A stretch of 64,000 nucleotides of DNA, taken from the NCBI GenBank assembly GCA_027450205.1, contig DAIDJL010000002.1:205007-269006 (forward strand). The letters run 5' to 3'. Origin of the DNA: Candidatus Parcubacteria bacterium. GTDB lineage: Bacteria; Patescibacteriota; Minisyncoccia; UBA6257; 2-01-FULL-56-20. The notes under the pieces are model-generated. The model saw only the letters and a program-made list of their open reading frames with translations. It did no database searches and was not told the origin of the DNA. Made by a program: the position numbers and the translations under genes. Each line of letters begins with the position of its first letter. The stretch's first letter is position 1. Shown here piece after piece: positions 47,741 through 56,494 of this stretch.

Positions 47741-50700
47741 ATGAACGGCGATTTACAACCAAACACACAAGGGTTACCGGATGGGTTTAAGCGGGACGAT
47801 CATCAGGACTCAATTTATGAGCGCCTTAGGCGACTAGTAGGCCCCGGCCCTGCCGATTTTTACAATGACGCATGTAGGCATTTCGCTACCCAACCGCCTT
47901 TTTCCAGCGCCACCCACCTTATCGGGCATCTTATGCGCGAAATCGAAAGCGCCCTGCGAGATGTCTTAGAGCCGCTCGCCGATTCCACAAAATTGGCGGC
48001 GATCGATAAAAATAAAAAACACGACGGCACCATCAGGGTCATCTTGGACGCGCTCGGCATTCCCGAGTCAGATCCGATTGCGAAGGCCTGGCTGAGCATG
48101 GCCGGCGACGACGGATTGTACAGTCGGGCTCATCGGAATAATCTCGAGGCCGCGCGGCCGCTCGACGATGAATTTGTTGAATTTTGGGCGCAGTTCGAAT
48201 CGGTGTTGTCTGCGGTGCTCGACAAATTCGAGGGTCAGTATACAAAAGTATTCGAGACGATCGATGTTCTTGCGAAAAGATCGAATCCTACCGAGGGAGA
48301 TGCCAAGCTTTTCCTGTTGCATATCCCTAACGATTTCCTTTCCCGCACCCGTCTCTTCGATCAGATGATTGATCCCGGATGGCTGCCTTTATTGAAGGGG
48401 AAAGGGGTGTTCGATGAGGTGCCACGTCCAGAGCAGAATTTCGAAGAGCGTACCACGCGCTACTTGCCATGGCCGCCCGTGAATTACCTGATCAAAATGG
48501 CTCCACTGGATGGAAAGGCGGTGGCGGCCATCCTGCTTGCAGTGAAAGACAACGACAATGCCATAGCAAAAGGCAACCTTCTGACGATCGCTGCCAACCT
48601 TCCGAAAGAACAAAGGGAATCCATTCTGGAGAAGGCAAAGGAGTGGATGAAAACGCATCATCCGTTTTATGTAGTCGACGCAGCGAAGAAACTTGCCGGG
48701 CAATTTGCGGATGATGGGCAAACCGATTCAGCTCTCGAAATTGCGAGCACCCTCCTGGAAATTCTGCCCGATCCAAGATCGCAAGCCGGTGAGGAAAATA
48801 AGGCAGCATGGTTTTCTCCCGATCCCCAGACCCGCCTCGATGACTGGCAGTACGGAGAATTTTTGAAAAGGGATTTTCAGAAGATTGTTGCACTCGATCC
48901 GCAAAAAGCCTACGACCTCACGGCTCGGCTATTGTTGGATTTTGTGAACCTGAAGACAGGCCACTATCCCGATCACAATTTCGATGATGCGATGCACATC
49001 TCGTGCCCGTCTATCGGTGGAGGCGACGATCAGCGCGACTTCGATCGTCTGGAACGCATCTTGGTCCATGCGGTGCGCAGTACCGCAGAGGCCGTCGTGC
49101 AAAAAAATCCAGAGAAATTCCCCGCGGTAATTTCCGATTTGGAAGGCAAAAAATGGACCATCTTCCGGCGCATCGCCCTCTATATCCTGAGCGAAGCTCC
49201 TGATTCCATGCGAGATCTCATCGCGCAGCACCTCACGGACGATGCACTCTTTAATGATTCATCCTTTAGAGCAGAATACAAACTGCTTGCCGAGAAGAGG
49301 TTCCCATTGCTGACAAAAGAAGAGCAAGGCCTTATTTTCGGGTGGATCGAAAAAGCCGAACGGCCGAAGGAGATGATCGCGGCAGATAAAAACGAGTTCA
49401 CGCCGAAGCAGGCCGAAGATTATGTGAGACGGTGGCAACGAAATAAGCTCGATTATCTGGAAGGGCATCTTAACGACGATCTGAAGGAGCGCTACGCGAC
49501 GCTGCTGGCTACTCAGCCAGACCCCCCGGACGGCACCATCACCGAATGGTATGGTCCGACGAGCAGCCTGAACGCCCAGCAGTTGATCACTATGGATTCG
49601 TCCGCTATCATCGAGCACCTGAAGGCATGGGAACCGAAAAACGAGCATTTCGGTTTTGGTCCGACCAAAGAGGGGCTGGGCCGTGAAATTGTGTCTGCAA
49701 TCAAGCTGAAGCCGGAATTGTTCCGGGATCTCGCCGATGAATTTAAGGGGCTAGATCCGACCTATATCCGCTCTTACATCTCGGGATTTGAAGAGGTTGC
49801 CCGGAAAGGGACGGCGCTTGATTGGCCTGCAATGTTCTCGCTCATCCAGTGGGTTATGGATCAGCCGCGGGAGATGCCGGGCAGGAGGGGCGGCGATATG
49901 GATCAGGACCCCGACTGGGGATGGACGAGGAAAGCCATCGCTTCGCTTTTCACGCATGCGGCCAATGCGAACCAAATCCCATTCGAGATGAGAAAGCAGT
50001 TTTGGAAAGCGTTGGAGCCGCTTACCGACGATACGGATCCGACTCCAGGCAAGGAAAAAATCGATGAGAATTCATTTGCAAATGATGCCTACGGATGGAC
50101 GATCAACACAACCAGAGGGGAAGCGATGAGTGCACTGATCGAGTATGCATTGTGGGTATACCGCAACACGGAAAAACTCCCCAACGGGAAAGAGGAAATC
50201 AAAAAAGGATTCGGCATTATGCCCGAAGTGAAAGAAGTTCTAGAAAAACACCTCGATCCGAAGGTCGATCCTTCCATCGGAGTGCGTGCCGTCTATGGAA
50301 GGTTCTTGCCGTGGCTCATATTCATGGACGAACCCTGGGTCATTAAGAACCTCGAGAACATCTTCCATCGGGGTGAATTCGGCGAACCTCTTTACGCCGC
50401 CGCATGGGATACCTACATGATGCATGTCCCAGGCGCATACAATCGCCCTTTCGAAGTGCTGCAAGATCAGTACAAAGAAGCGGTGAGGAATCTCGGCAAG
50501 GTAAAAAGGAAACAGGGTCGGTTTACTGACCGCGATGAACGCGTCGCCGAACAATTAATGATCTTCTTTTGGCGCGACAAAGTTAAGCTGAGCGACAACC
50601 TTTTCAAGTCCTTTTGGGAGAATGCCGATGCCTCTCTCCGCGGTCATGCGATTAGCTTCGTCGGACGGAGCATCAAGAATATTGAAGATGTTCCGCCACC

Positions 50701-51139
50701 CGAGGTCATCGTCGCCCTAAAGGGACTCTGGCAGAACCGCATTGACGCACTCGCGAAAGCGGACGACAAAAAGCAATTCGCCGAAGAAATGGCTGCATTT
50801 GGCTGGTGGTTCGCATCGGGGAAGTTCGACGACGAATGGAGCGCGGCCCAGTATTTGGCCGCTCTCGACATCGGGACGAAATTCCAATCCGATCACTTCG
50901 TGCTGCAACGTCTTGTGGAATTGGTAAAAACAATGCCATTTGAAGCGGTGCGGATTTTGACCAAGCTGCTTTTGGCCAAGGATCAGGCGCAATGGAGGGT
51001 GGCAGGGAATAAAAATGAAATCACGCAAATCCTTTTGGCGGGGTTAGGCAGTGCAGATTCAACCGCTCAAAATGAAGCACGGGATTTGATCAATCGATTG
51101 GTGGCAAGAGGATACGACGATTTTCAGGCATTACTTTAA
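47741..51139 (+). CDS. Large alpha-helical hypothetical protein (possible defence protein)
   Basis: 1132 aa; N-terminal H.MREIES...RAH motif; no Walker motif seen. Confidence 0.8.
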   Translation: MNGDLQPNTQGLPDGFKRDDHQDSIYERLRRLVGPGPADFYNDACRHFATQPPFSSATHLIGHLMREIESALRDVLEPLADSTKLAAIDKNKKHDGTIRVILDALGIPESDPIAKAWLSMAGDDGLYSRAHRNNLEAARPLDDEFVEFWAQFESVLSAVLDKFEGQYTKVFETIDVLAKRSNPTEGDAKLFLLHIPNDFLSRTRLFDQMIDPGWLPLLKGKGVFDEVPRPEQNFEERTTRYLPWPPVNYLIKMAPLDGKAVAAILLAVKDNDNAIAKGNLLTIAANLPKEQRESILEKAKEWMKTHHPFYVVDAAKKLAGQFADDGQTDSALEIASTLLEILPDPRSQAGEENKAAWFSPDPQTRLDDWQYGEFLKRDFQKIVALDPQKAYDLTARLLLDFVNLKTGHYPDHNFDDAMHISCPSIGGGDDQRDFDRLERILVHAVRSTAEAVVQKNPEKFPAVISDLEGKKWTIFRRIALYILSEAPDSMRDLIAQHLTDDALFNDSSFRAEYKLLAEKRFPLLTKEEQGLIFGWIEKAERPKEMIAADKNEFTPKQAEDYVRRWQRNKLDYLEGHLNDDLKERYATLLATQPDPPDGTITEWYGPTSSLNAQQLITMDSSAIIEHLKAWEPKNEHFGFGPTKEGLGREIVSAIKLKPELFRDLADEFKGLDPTYIRSYISGFEEVARKGTALDWPAMFSLIQWVMDQPREMPGRRGGDMDQDPDWGWTRKAIASLFTHAANANQIPFEMRKQFWKALEPLTDDTDPTPGKEKIDENSFANDAYGWTINTTRGEAMSALIEYALWVYRNTEKLPNGKEEIKKGFGIMPEVKEVLEKHLDPKVDPSIGVRAVYGRFLPWLIFMDEPWVIKNLENIFHRGEFGEPLYAAAWDTYMMHVPGAYNRPFEVLQDQYKEAVRNLGKVKRKQGRFTDRDERVAEQLMIFFWRDKVKLSDNLFKSFWENADASLRGHAISFVGRSIKNIEDVPPPEVIVALKGLWQNRIDALAKADDKKQFAEEMAAFGWWFASGKFDDEWSAAQYLAALDIGTKFQSDHFVLQRLVELVKTMPFEAVRILTKLLLAKDQAQWRVAGNKNEITQILLAGLGSADSTAQNEARDLINRLVARGYDDFQALL

Positions 51140-51175
51140 GCCGCGCTTATAAAAATCTGATAGAGTTAATTTGTC

Positions 51176-51874
51176 ATGATCCCGGACTTAATTCTTACGG
51201 GTGTAACTCTCATTAAAACATTCTCGACCGAATTGGCGGGGCAGAAAACCCGGCCGATTCCGGTCGATATGGCAACGGGGTTCTTCTACTCGCGCACCGA
51301 AAAGCTTTATCTGATTACGAATAAGCACGTCATCTATGGAGATTATTTTTGGAGCGAGGCAGCCACGCCACAGGTCAGCCTGTTTAGTATTCTGCTATAT
51401 GAAAATCCAAAAGATTTAACGCAGAAAAAATGGGTTGATATGCCCTTGGTGGTGGACGACAGGAATATATGGCTGGAACATCTTCGAAGGGTTGATGTCG
51501 TAGCAATCCCGCTCCCGCCAGACATCAACCCGCAGAATTACGCGGTCACTCCGCTCGTCAGTTTTTCTTCGCCCGTTGCCAATACCGACATCTTCACCGT
51601 TGGCTATCGGCGAGATTTATTTAACGCGGCTACTCCGGAGCCGATCGATGAGATCGAGCCAATTATGACGACAGGCCGCCTGTTAAGAGTCGCTCCGACA
51701 AGGATGCCCGCAGATATAGAAACTCACGTCGGGATGAGCGGCAGTCCGGTCTTTGCGGGATTGCCGGACAGGAACAACGAACTCATCGGAGTCCATTCAG
51801 GCCAAAATTCGGGACTCGCCGTGGTTTGGAATGCGAAGCTGATATCGGAGATAATCGAGCAACTTCCGCAATAG
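51176..51874 (+). CDS. Trypsin-like serine protease
   Basis: TNKHV, DVVAI, GMSGSPV triad; no signal peptide. Confidence 0.82.
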   Translation: MIPDLILTGVTLIKTFSTELAGQKTRPIPVDMATGFFYSRTEKLYLITNKHVIYGDYFWSEAATPQVSLFSILLYENPKDLTQKKWVDMPLVVDDRNIWLEHLRRVDVVAIPLPPDINPQNYAVTPLVSFSSPVANTDIFTVGYRRDLFNAATPEPIDEIEPIMTTGRLLRVAPTRMPADIETHVGMSGSPVFAGLPDRNNELIGVHSGQNSGLAVVWNAKLISEIIEQLPQ

Positions 51875-52030
51875 CAGATTTTATCTGCGAATCATCACTC
51901 ACCTATTTTGGAAAGGATCATCAAAGGTAGAAAACTTGATATGTGGAGGAAAGGGCAGGGCGTAATCACGAGTGACTAATAAGATTCCTGAAATATTGAC
52001 GGCCGTGATTTTCGCGGGTATGGTGCGGGA

Positions 52031-52414
52031 ATGACCCCGACTTCGACGGCCCAGTTTATCACAGATCTATTTCAAAAGACGGAGGTACTCGCGGAACAGC
52101 AGGCTGCAGTGTTTCTGAAGATGCTCTTGATATCGGTCTGGACATACTTCAAGCCATATCTTCCTTATGTCGTAACGATCCTCTTTGGCGGGCTGATCAT
52201 TGCGTCGGTGAAGGCGATGTTCGGGAAAACGGGCATGTTGGGCAGTCTGCTTTACCACATTTTCTATTTCGCCGTTCTGGGCATCGTGCTTTGGATCATG
52301 GGACTACAACTCGTTTTCAATCCCTATTTTGATTTGGTCTGTTTTGTCATCTATCGTCTGTGTTACTGGTTGACCGGCATTGTCTTGGAAAAATTTAAAC
52401 ATGCGCGATTATAA
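52031..52414 (+). CDS. Membrane hypothetical protein
   Basis: 127 aa, three TM helices. Confidence 0.65.
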   Translation: MTPTSTAQFITDLFQKTEVLAEQQAAVFLKMLLISVWTYFKPYLPYVVTILFGGLIIASVKAMFGKTGMLGSLLYHIFYFAVLGIVLWIMGLQLVFNPYFDLVCFVIYRLCYWLTGIVLEKFKHARL

Positions 52415-52945
52415 TTTTATCTTCTCTTTCTTCTTTGATCGAATTTCCAATCGCGCGCCTCGCTTAGGGAAGACGATAACGTGCTCGGACTGGTATCTGT
52501 TTTGTCGATAATCCTCGAATTCAATCGTGAGCACAAGCACGCCGTCACCGCCGAAATCATCTTTGCTGATCGGAATCCGATAACCATCCGAAGGAACGGC
52601 GGCATAGTCCAATAACTGCGGCGTTCCTTTCTGGAACCAATAGCGGTTGAGATATACGGTATATGTGCCAACACTCTTCACGATAACATCCATGTTCTGC
52701 GGCTGGAAGTAGCCCGTCGCGGCGGCCTCTGGCAGAGAATTGACCGGGATTGCTTGTACCGACAGTTCCACGAAATGCTCGGCGTCCGTCTGCTTTGCCT
52801 GCAACGCCTTTATGCCTTCGTTGATTTCATTCTGCTTCTCGCCGATCTTCTTGGCGCAATAAGCTGCCCACCATGCGACGCCAACGGCGATTACGGCTGC
52901 GGCGGCAGCAACCCATGTGGCTACGGTCTGACTCGTGTTGTCCAT
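52409..52945 (-). CDS. Membrane-anchored hypothetical protein
   Basis: N-terminal TM helix plus coiled coil. Confidence 0.7.
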   Translation of the reverse strand: MDNTSQTVATWVAAAAAVIAVGVAWWAAYCAKKIGEKQNEINEGIKALQAKQTDAEHFVELSVQAIPVNSLPEAAATGYFQPQNMDVIVKSVGTYTVYLNRYWFQKGTPQLLDYAAVPSDGYRIPISKDDFGGDGVLVLTIEFEDYRQNRYQSEHVIVFPKRGARLEIRSKKKEKIKL

Positions 52946-52999
52946 ACGATAATTATATTCAAATCAGAAAAACATCCTAGGAAGTGGTAAAATATCCCC

Positions 53000-53476
53000 A
53001 TGAGTCGCCCATCAAAAAAGATTACCCCTAGCGAACCAAAGGCACTAGTCATTCAGAAAAGGCTAGAGTATGTCGTCGTGCCTAAGGAGTCCGCCTTAAA
53101 GATCGTGCGGGATATGCTCGGCGCGGATAAAGCAATCATTTTCAGCAAGGACGCTATACCGAAAGAGCTTTTCCTCACCAGATCCGGTGAATTATATCGC
53201 GGCGACAACCGTGCGCAGTTTTCATTCATGTTCGAAAACCGCCGTGCCGCTCTTATTAGGGCGTTCCTCGGAAATGGAAATGATTTTATTCCAGGCGTGG
53301 ACCTCCAGGAAGAGGCTGGGTATAAAACCAAGGAGTCGATGTATAAGGCCATCGACGCTATCAATATGAACGTACGGCGTCAGCTCGGCATCCAGGAAAA
53401 GGAATTGATTGAAAGTAGGGGTGCTAAGGGCTTCCGCATCACTCCCGCGTACAAAATTATCCGCGCAAAAGAGTAG
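53000..53476 (+). CDS. Winged-helix DNA-binding protein
   Basis: C-terminal ...AIDAIN..R...LIES..KGFRI (OmpR-like wHTH wing). Confidence 0.65.
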   Translation: MSRPSKKITPSEPKALVIQKRLEYVVVPKESALKIVRDMLGADKAIIFSKDAIPKELFLTRSGELYRGDNRAQFSFMFENRRAALIRAFLGNGNDFIPGVDLQEEAGYKTKESMYKAIDAINMNVRRQLGIQEKELIESRGAKGFRITPAYKIIRAKE

Positions 53477-53491
53477 GCTCCGCTCATTATC

Positions 53492-53566
53492 CGAGTGGAG
53501 TGTATAGTCGAACTGAAAACGCCCCTTTCAGGAGCTTTTTTGTCTTAAAACTCCACTCGCACTCCA
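53492..53566. promoter_or_regulatory. Inverted/direct repeats, candidate operator
   Basis: CGAGTGGAGT (53492) / ACTCCACTCG (53550) plus CACTCCA (53560). Confidence 0.5.
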
Positions 53567-53754
53567 ATCGACCGCCTTGAAGGGTCGGGTTCTAATGAGT
53601 ACATGGAGCGTGATGGAAGAGACGTATCTAAAAAAAGGGGGTCAGGAAGCAAGTCAGCGAAAGAATCCGCTGAAAGGCAGGCTGGCGTAGCAGTGACCGT
53701 AGACCTGAATCGCTCGGACGGATTTTATGTTGCTCACTTCGGTCAATCACTCCC

Positions 53755-53961
53755 ATGTTGACCGACGCCCAGGTTGAAAAATACCGGGCGCTTTATCGCA
53801 AACGCTTCGGTAAGGAGATCAGCAAGGAGGATGCCTTTGAACAAGGCACTAGGTTTGTGCGCCTCGTGGAGCTTATCCGTAGGCCGATGGCCACGGAAGA
53901 ATATAAGGCGATACCGACTCGCCACTTAGAAAAGAGTCGGGCCACCAATGAGCCTCCATAA
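53755..53961 (+). CDS. Small conserved protein of integrative-element type
   Basis: MLTDAQVEKYRALYRKRFGKEISKEDA; upstream of the recombinase. Confidence 0.7.
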   Translation: MLTDAQVEKYRALYRKRFGKEISKEDAFEQGTRFVRLVELIRRPMATEEYKAIPTRHLEKSRATNEPP

Positions 53962-54027
53962 TGTCCCTATATAACGTGATCTAGAAGGGGTATCAAGGTC
54001 AAAAATCAACCACATTCAACAAAAAAT

Positions 54028-54456
54028 ATGAATGAAAACAATGAAGACGTGGATCTCGCGGCACTTTTAGCTAAGAATCGCGATGAAAGGGAAACAATAC
54101 GATGGCTGAAGCGGCGTCAAAAAAATAGAACCTATTATCTCGAACATAAGGGCGTGATTAAGGAGCGGTCGCTAAAAAATTATTACCTAAAGCGAGAGGA
54201 AAAAGAACAAGCGGAGAAAATACAAGGAATGGGTACTGAACAATCGGCGGAAAGGATTGGCAGGTACGTCATCCTGGTATTCTGGGCTTCATGCATATTT
54301 GCCGGGATGGCAGTCGCCGTGTGGTTGTCGAACAAGCAGAAAAAACCGGACGCGTTGTCCTTGAATCAAGGAAATAAGGAATCGGATGTCGAAGAGGGAA
54401 ATTCATCAAGTTTTCCGTTTGAAAAGCCTCAAGCCAAGTATTGGGGATTAGGGTAG
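54028..54456 (+). CDS. Hypothetical protein with TM helix
   Basis: Basic N-terminus, single TM helix. Confidence 0.6.
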   Translation: MNENNEDVDLAALLAKNRDERETIRWLKRRQKNRTYYLEHKGVIKERSLKNYYLKREEKEQAEKIQGMGTEQSAERIGRYVILVFWASCIFAGMAVAVWLSNKQKKPDALSLNQGNKESDVEEGNSSSFPFEKPQAKYWGLG

Positions 54457-54480
54457 ACTATCCACTTTCATTATGCACTA

Positions 54481-54616
54481 TTGATGGAAAATACCAATTG
54501 CGCCATAATAACAAGGCACACAGTCATCGGGTTCGCGGGCTTTTGTATTCAAAAAGGGGTAGCTCCGTACAAGCGTCCGCGAGGATGATTGTGTGCAACG
54601 GGGCTATCCCTTTTTG
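54481..54616 (+). promoter_or_regulatory. Recombinase promoter and structured leader
   Basis: TTGATG-17-CATAAT followed by interleaved pairings A-B-A'-B'. Confidence 0.55.
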
Positions 54617-54653
54617 CGTATAAAGGCCGGAAAATAAAAACCAATAAATTACA

Positions 54654-56252
54654 ATGGAAAAATCAGCAGAGAAAATTAAATACTTCATGTACGCTCGCAA
54701 ATCGTCCGAGAGCGAGGATCGGCAGATGGCGTCTATCGAATCCCAGATTGACGAGCTGAAAAAGCTTGCCAAAGAAAACAATCTCGAGATCGTCGAGGTG
54801 TTTTCCGAATCAAAGTCGGCGAAAGCGCCGGGTCGCACGGAGTTCAGGAAAATGATCGAGCGCATTCAGGAAGGTGAAGTACAAGGTGTCATCTGCTGGA
54901 AGCTGAACCGGCTGGCGAGGAATCCTGTTGATGGCGGGGAAATCAGCTGGCTGCTTCAGCAGAGTGTCATCAAGCACATCCAGACGTATGGGCGGAGCTA
55001 TTACCCGACCGATAACGTCTTAATGATGAGCGTGGAGTTCGGCATGGCGAACCAATTTGTGAAGGACTTGAGCGTGGATACGAAGCGCGGCATGCGGGCA
55101 AAGGCGGAGCGAGGATGGTGTCCCGGTCCGGCTCCCGTCGGATATCTCCATAATCCCATTAAGAAACAGGGCGAAAAGGAGGTTCTTTCCGATGAAAAGC
55201 GTTTTGGCATCGTCTCAAAATGCTGGGCGATGATGCTCATGGGAGCGCATACGGTGCCACAGGTGTGGGAGGTTGCGGTGAACCGGTGGGGCCTTACCGG
55301 TCGCATGGGGAAGAAGCTCAGTTTGAGCAACATGTATGCTTTGTTTGCTAATCCCTTCTATTGCGGAGAGTTTGAGTATCCTCTTGGAAGCGGTATCTGG
55401 CATCAGGGGAAGCACGAGCCGATGATTACCCGGAAAGAATTCGAGCGCGTGCAGACCATTATGGGCTGGGGCAACAAGTCACGGCGGAAGACGCATGACA
55501 TTTCCATGCGCGGCCCGATCCTGTGTGGGGAGTGCGGCGCAATGATTACAGCCGAGGAGAAAGTCAAAATCCAAAAGAATGGAAATCGCCATGAATACAC
55601 TTACTACCACTGTACTGGGCGAAAAAACAAGAATTGCTTGCAGAAGCGCATCCGCATTGAAGAGAAGGAGTTAGAGCGACAGGTTAAGGAAATCTTTTCA
55701 AAGGTTGAAATCCCGCAGGAGTTTTATGAGTGGGCCATGGATGTATTACGCGAGTCGAATGAGGCGGAGTCGACAACTCGTGCGAAGATCACCGACAGTC
55801 AGCGGGCAGAATACGATCGTAGCGTGAAGATGATCGACGCCATCATCGATATGCGGGCGCGTGGCGAAATCACCGAGGAAGAGTTTACGCGACGCAAGAC
55901 ATCGCTGCTTACGGAAAAACATCACTTACAAGGGCTTATTAACGATGCCGACAAAGGTGTAGATGATTGGCTCGCAACGGCCGACAAGTATTTCAACTTC
56001 GCGGCGAATGCCAAGCGGAAGTTCGAAAACGGCACATCCGACGAGATCCGGGAGCTACTAACCCTCTTAGGTTCGGACCTCCTCTTAACGCAAGGAAAAC
56101 TCAGTGTTTCCTTGGCCGAACCACTCATCGTGATCGAAAAATTAGCGCCGGGAGCACGACTCATAAATGAGAGGTTTGGACCTGCAAAAAATGCAGAAGA
56201 TATAAAGGAATTAAGAACGTTATACGCTCAAAATTCAACAAGGGGTGCCTAA
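54654..56252 (+). CDS. Large serine recombinase (integrase)
   Basis: YARKSS catalytic Ser, ESKSAK..GR, NRLARN, recombinase domain, CGECG...YYHC...C zinc ribbon, coiled coil; overlaps the tRNA-His 3' end. Confidence 0.95.
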   Translation: MEKSAEKIKYFMYARKSSESEDRQMASIESQIDELKKLAKENNLEIVEVFSESKSAKAPGRTEFRKMIERIQEGEVQGVICWKLNRLARNPVDGGEISWLLQQSVIKHIQTYGRSYYPTDNVLMMSVEFGMANQFVKDLSVDTKRGMRAKAERGWCPGPAPVGYLHNPIKKQGEKEVLSDEKRFGIVSKCWAMMLMGAHTVPQVWEVAVNRWGLTGRMGKKLSLSNMYALFANPFYCGEFEYPLGSGIWHQGKHEPMITRKEFERVQTIMGWGNKSRRKTHDISMRGPILCGECGAMITAEEKVKIQKNGNRHEYTYYHCTGRKNKNCLQKRIRIEEKELERQVKEIFSKVEIPQEFYEWAMDVLRESNEAESTTRAKITDSQRAEYDRSVKMIDAIIDMRARGEITEEEFTRRKTSLLTEKHHLQGLINDADKGVDDWLATADKYFNFAANAKRKFENGTSDEIRELLTLLGSDLLLTQGKLSVSLAEPLIVIEKLAPGARLINERFGPAKNAEDIKELRTLYAQNSTRGA

Positions 56253-56315
56253 CGGGAATCGGACCCGTATTGCCGCTGCCACAGAGCGGAGCTTTACCAT
56301 TAAGCTATAGGCACC
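56244..56315 (-). tRNA. tRNA-His (GTG)
   Basis: G-1, GTGCCTA...TAGGCAC-C; anticodon loop CTGTGGC. Confidence 0.93.
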
Positions 56316-56494
56316 ATCATTGGTTGCGGCCACCATCATTGAATTTGCCGCCCCTGGCGGGCGGCCCATCCGCATCATTAATGTACACGGCTTTGGCTGA
56401 TTTTTCAATATTTTGGGAGTATGATTAGGGCATGGTGTAGTACTCATTACCGTTTTGAGGGGTCATATTAATCAGCTAATTTTACGCACATTCC

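Larger units (their letters stand above)
27431..56250. mobile_element. 28.8-kb serine-recombinase genomic island integrated at the tRNA-His 3' end
   Basis: Direct repeat GGGTGCCT at 27431-27438 and 56243-56250; recombinase gene at the right end. Confidence 0.8.

Noticed and set aside
27431-56250. Prophage or conjugative element
   Set aside because: No capsid, terminase, tail, relaxase or type IV secretion genes were recognised.
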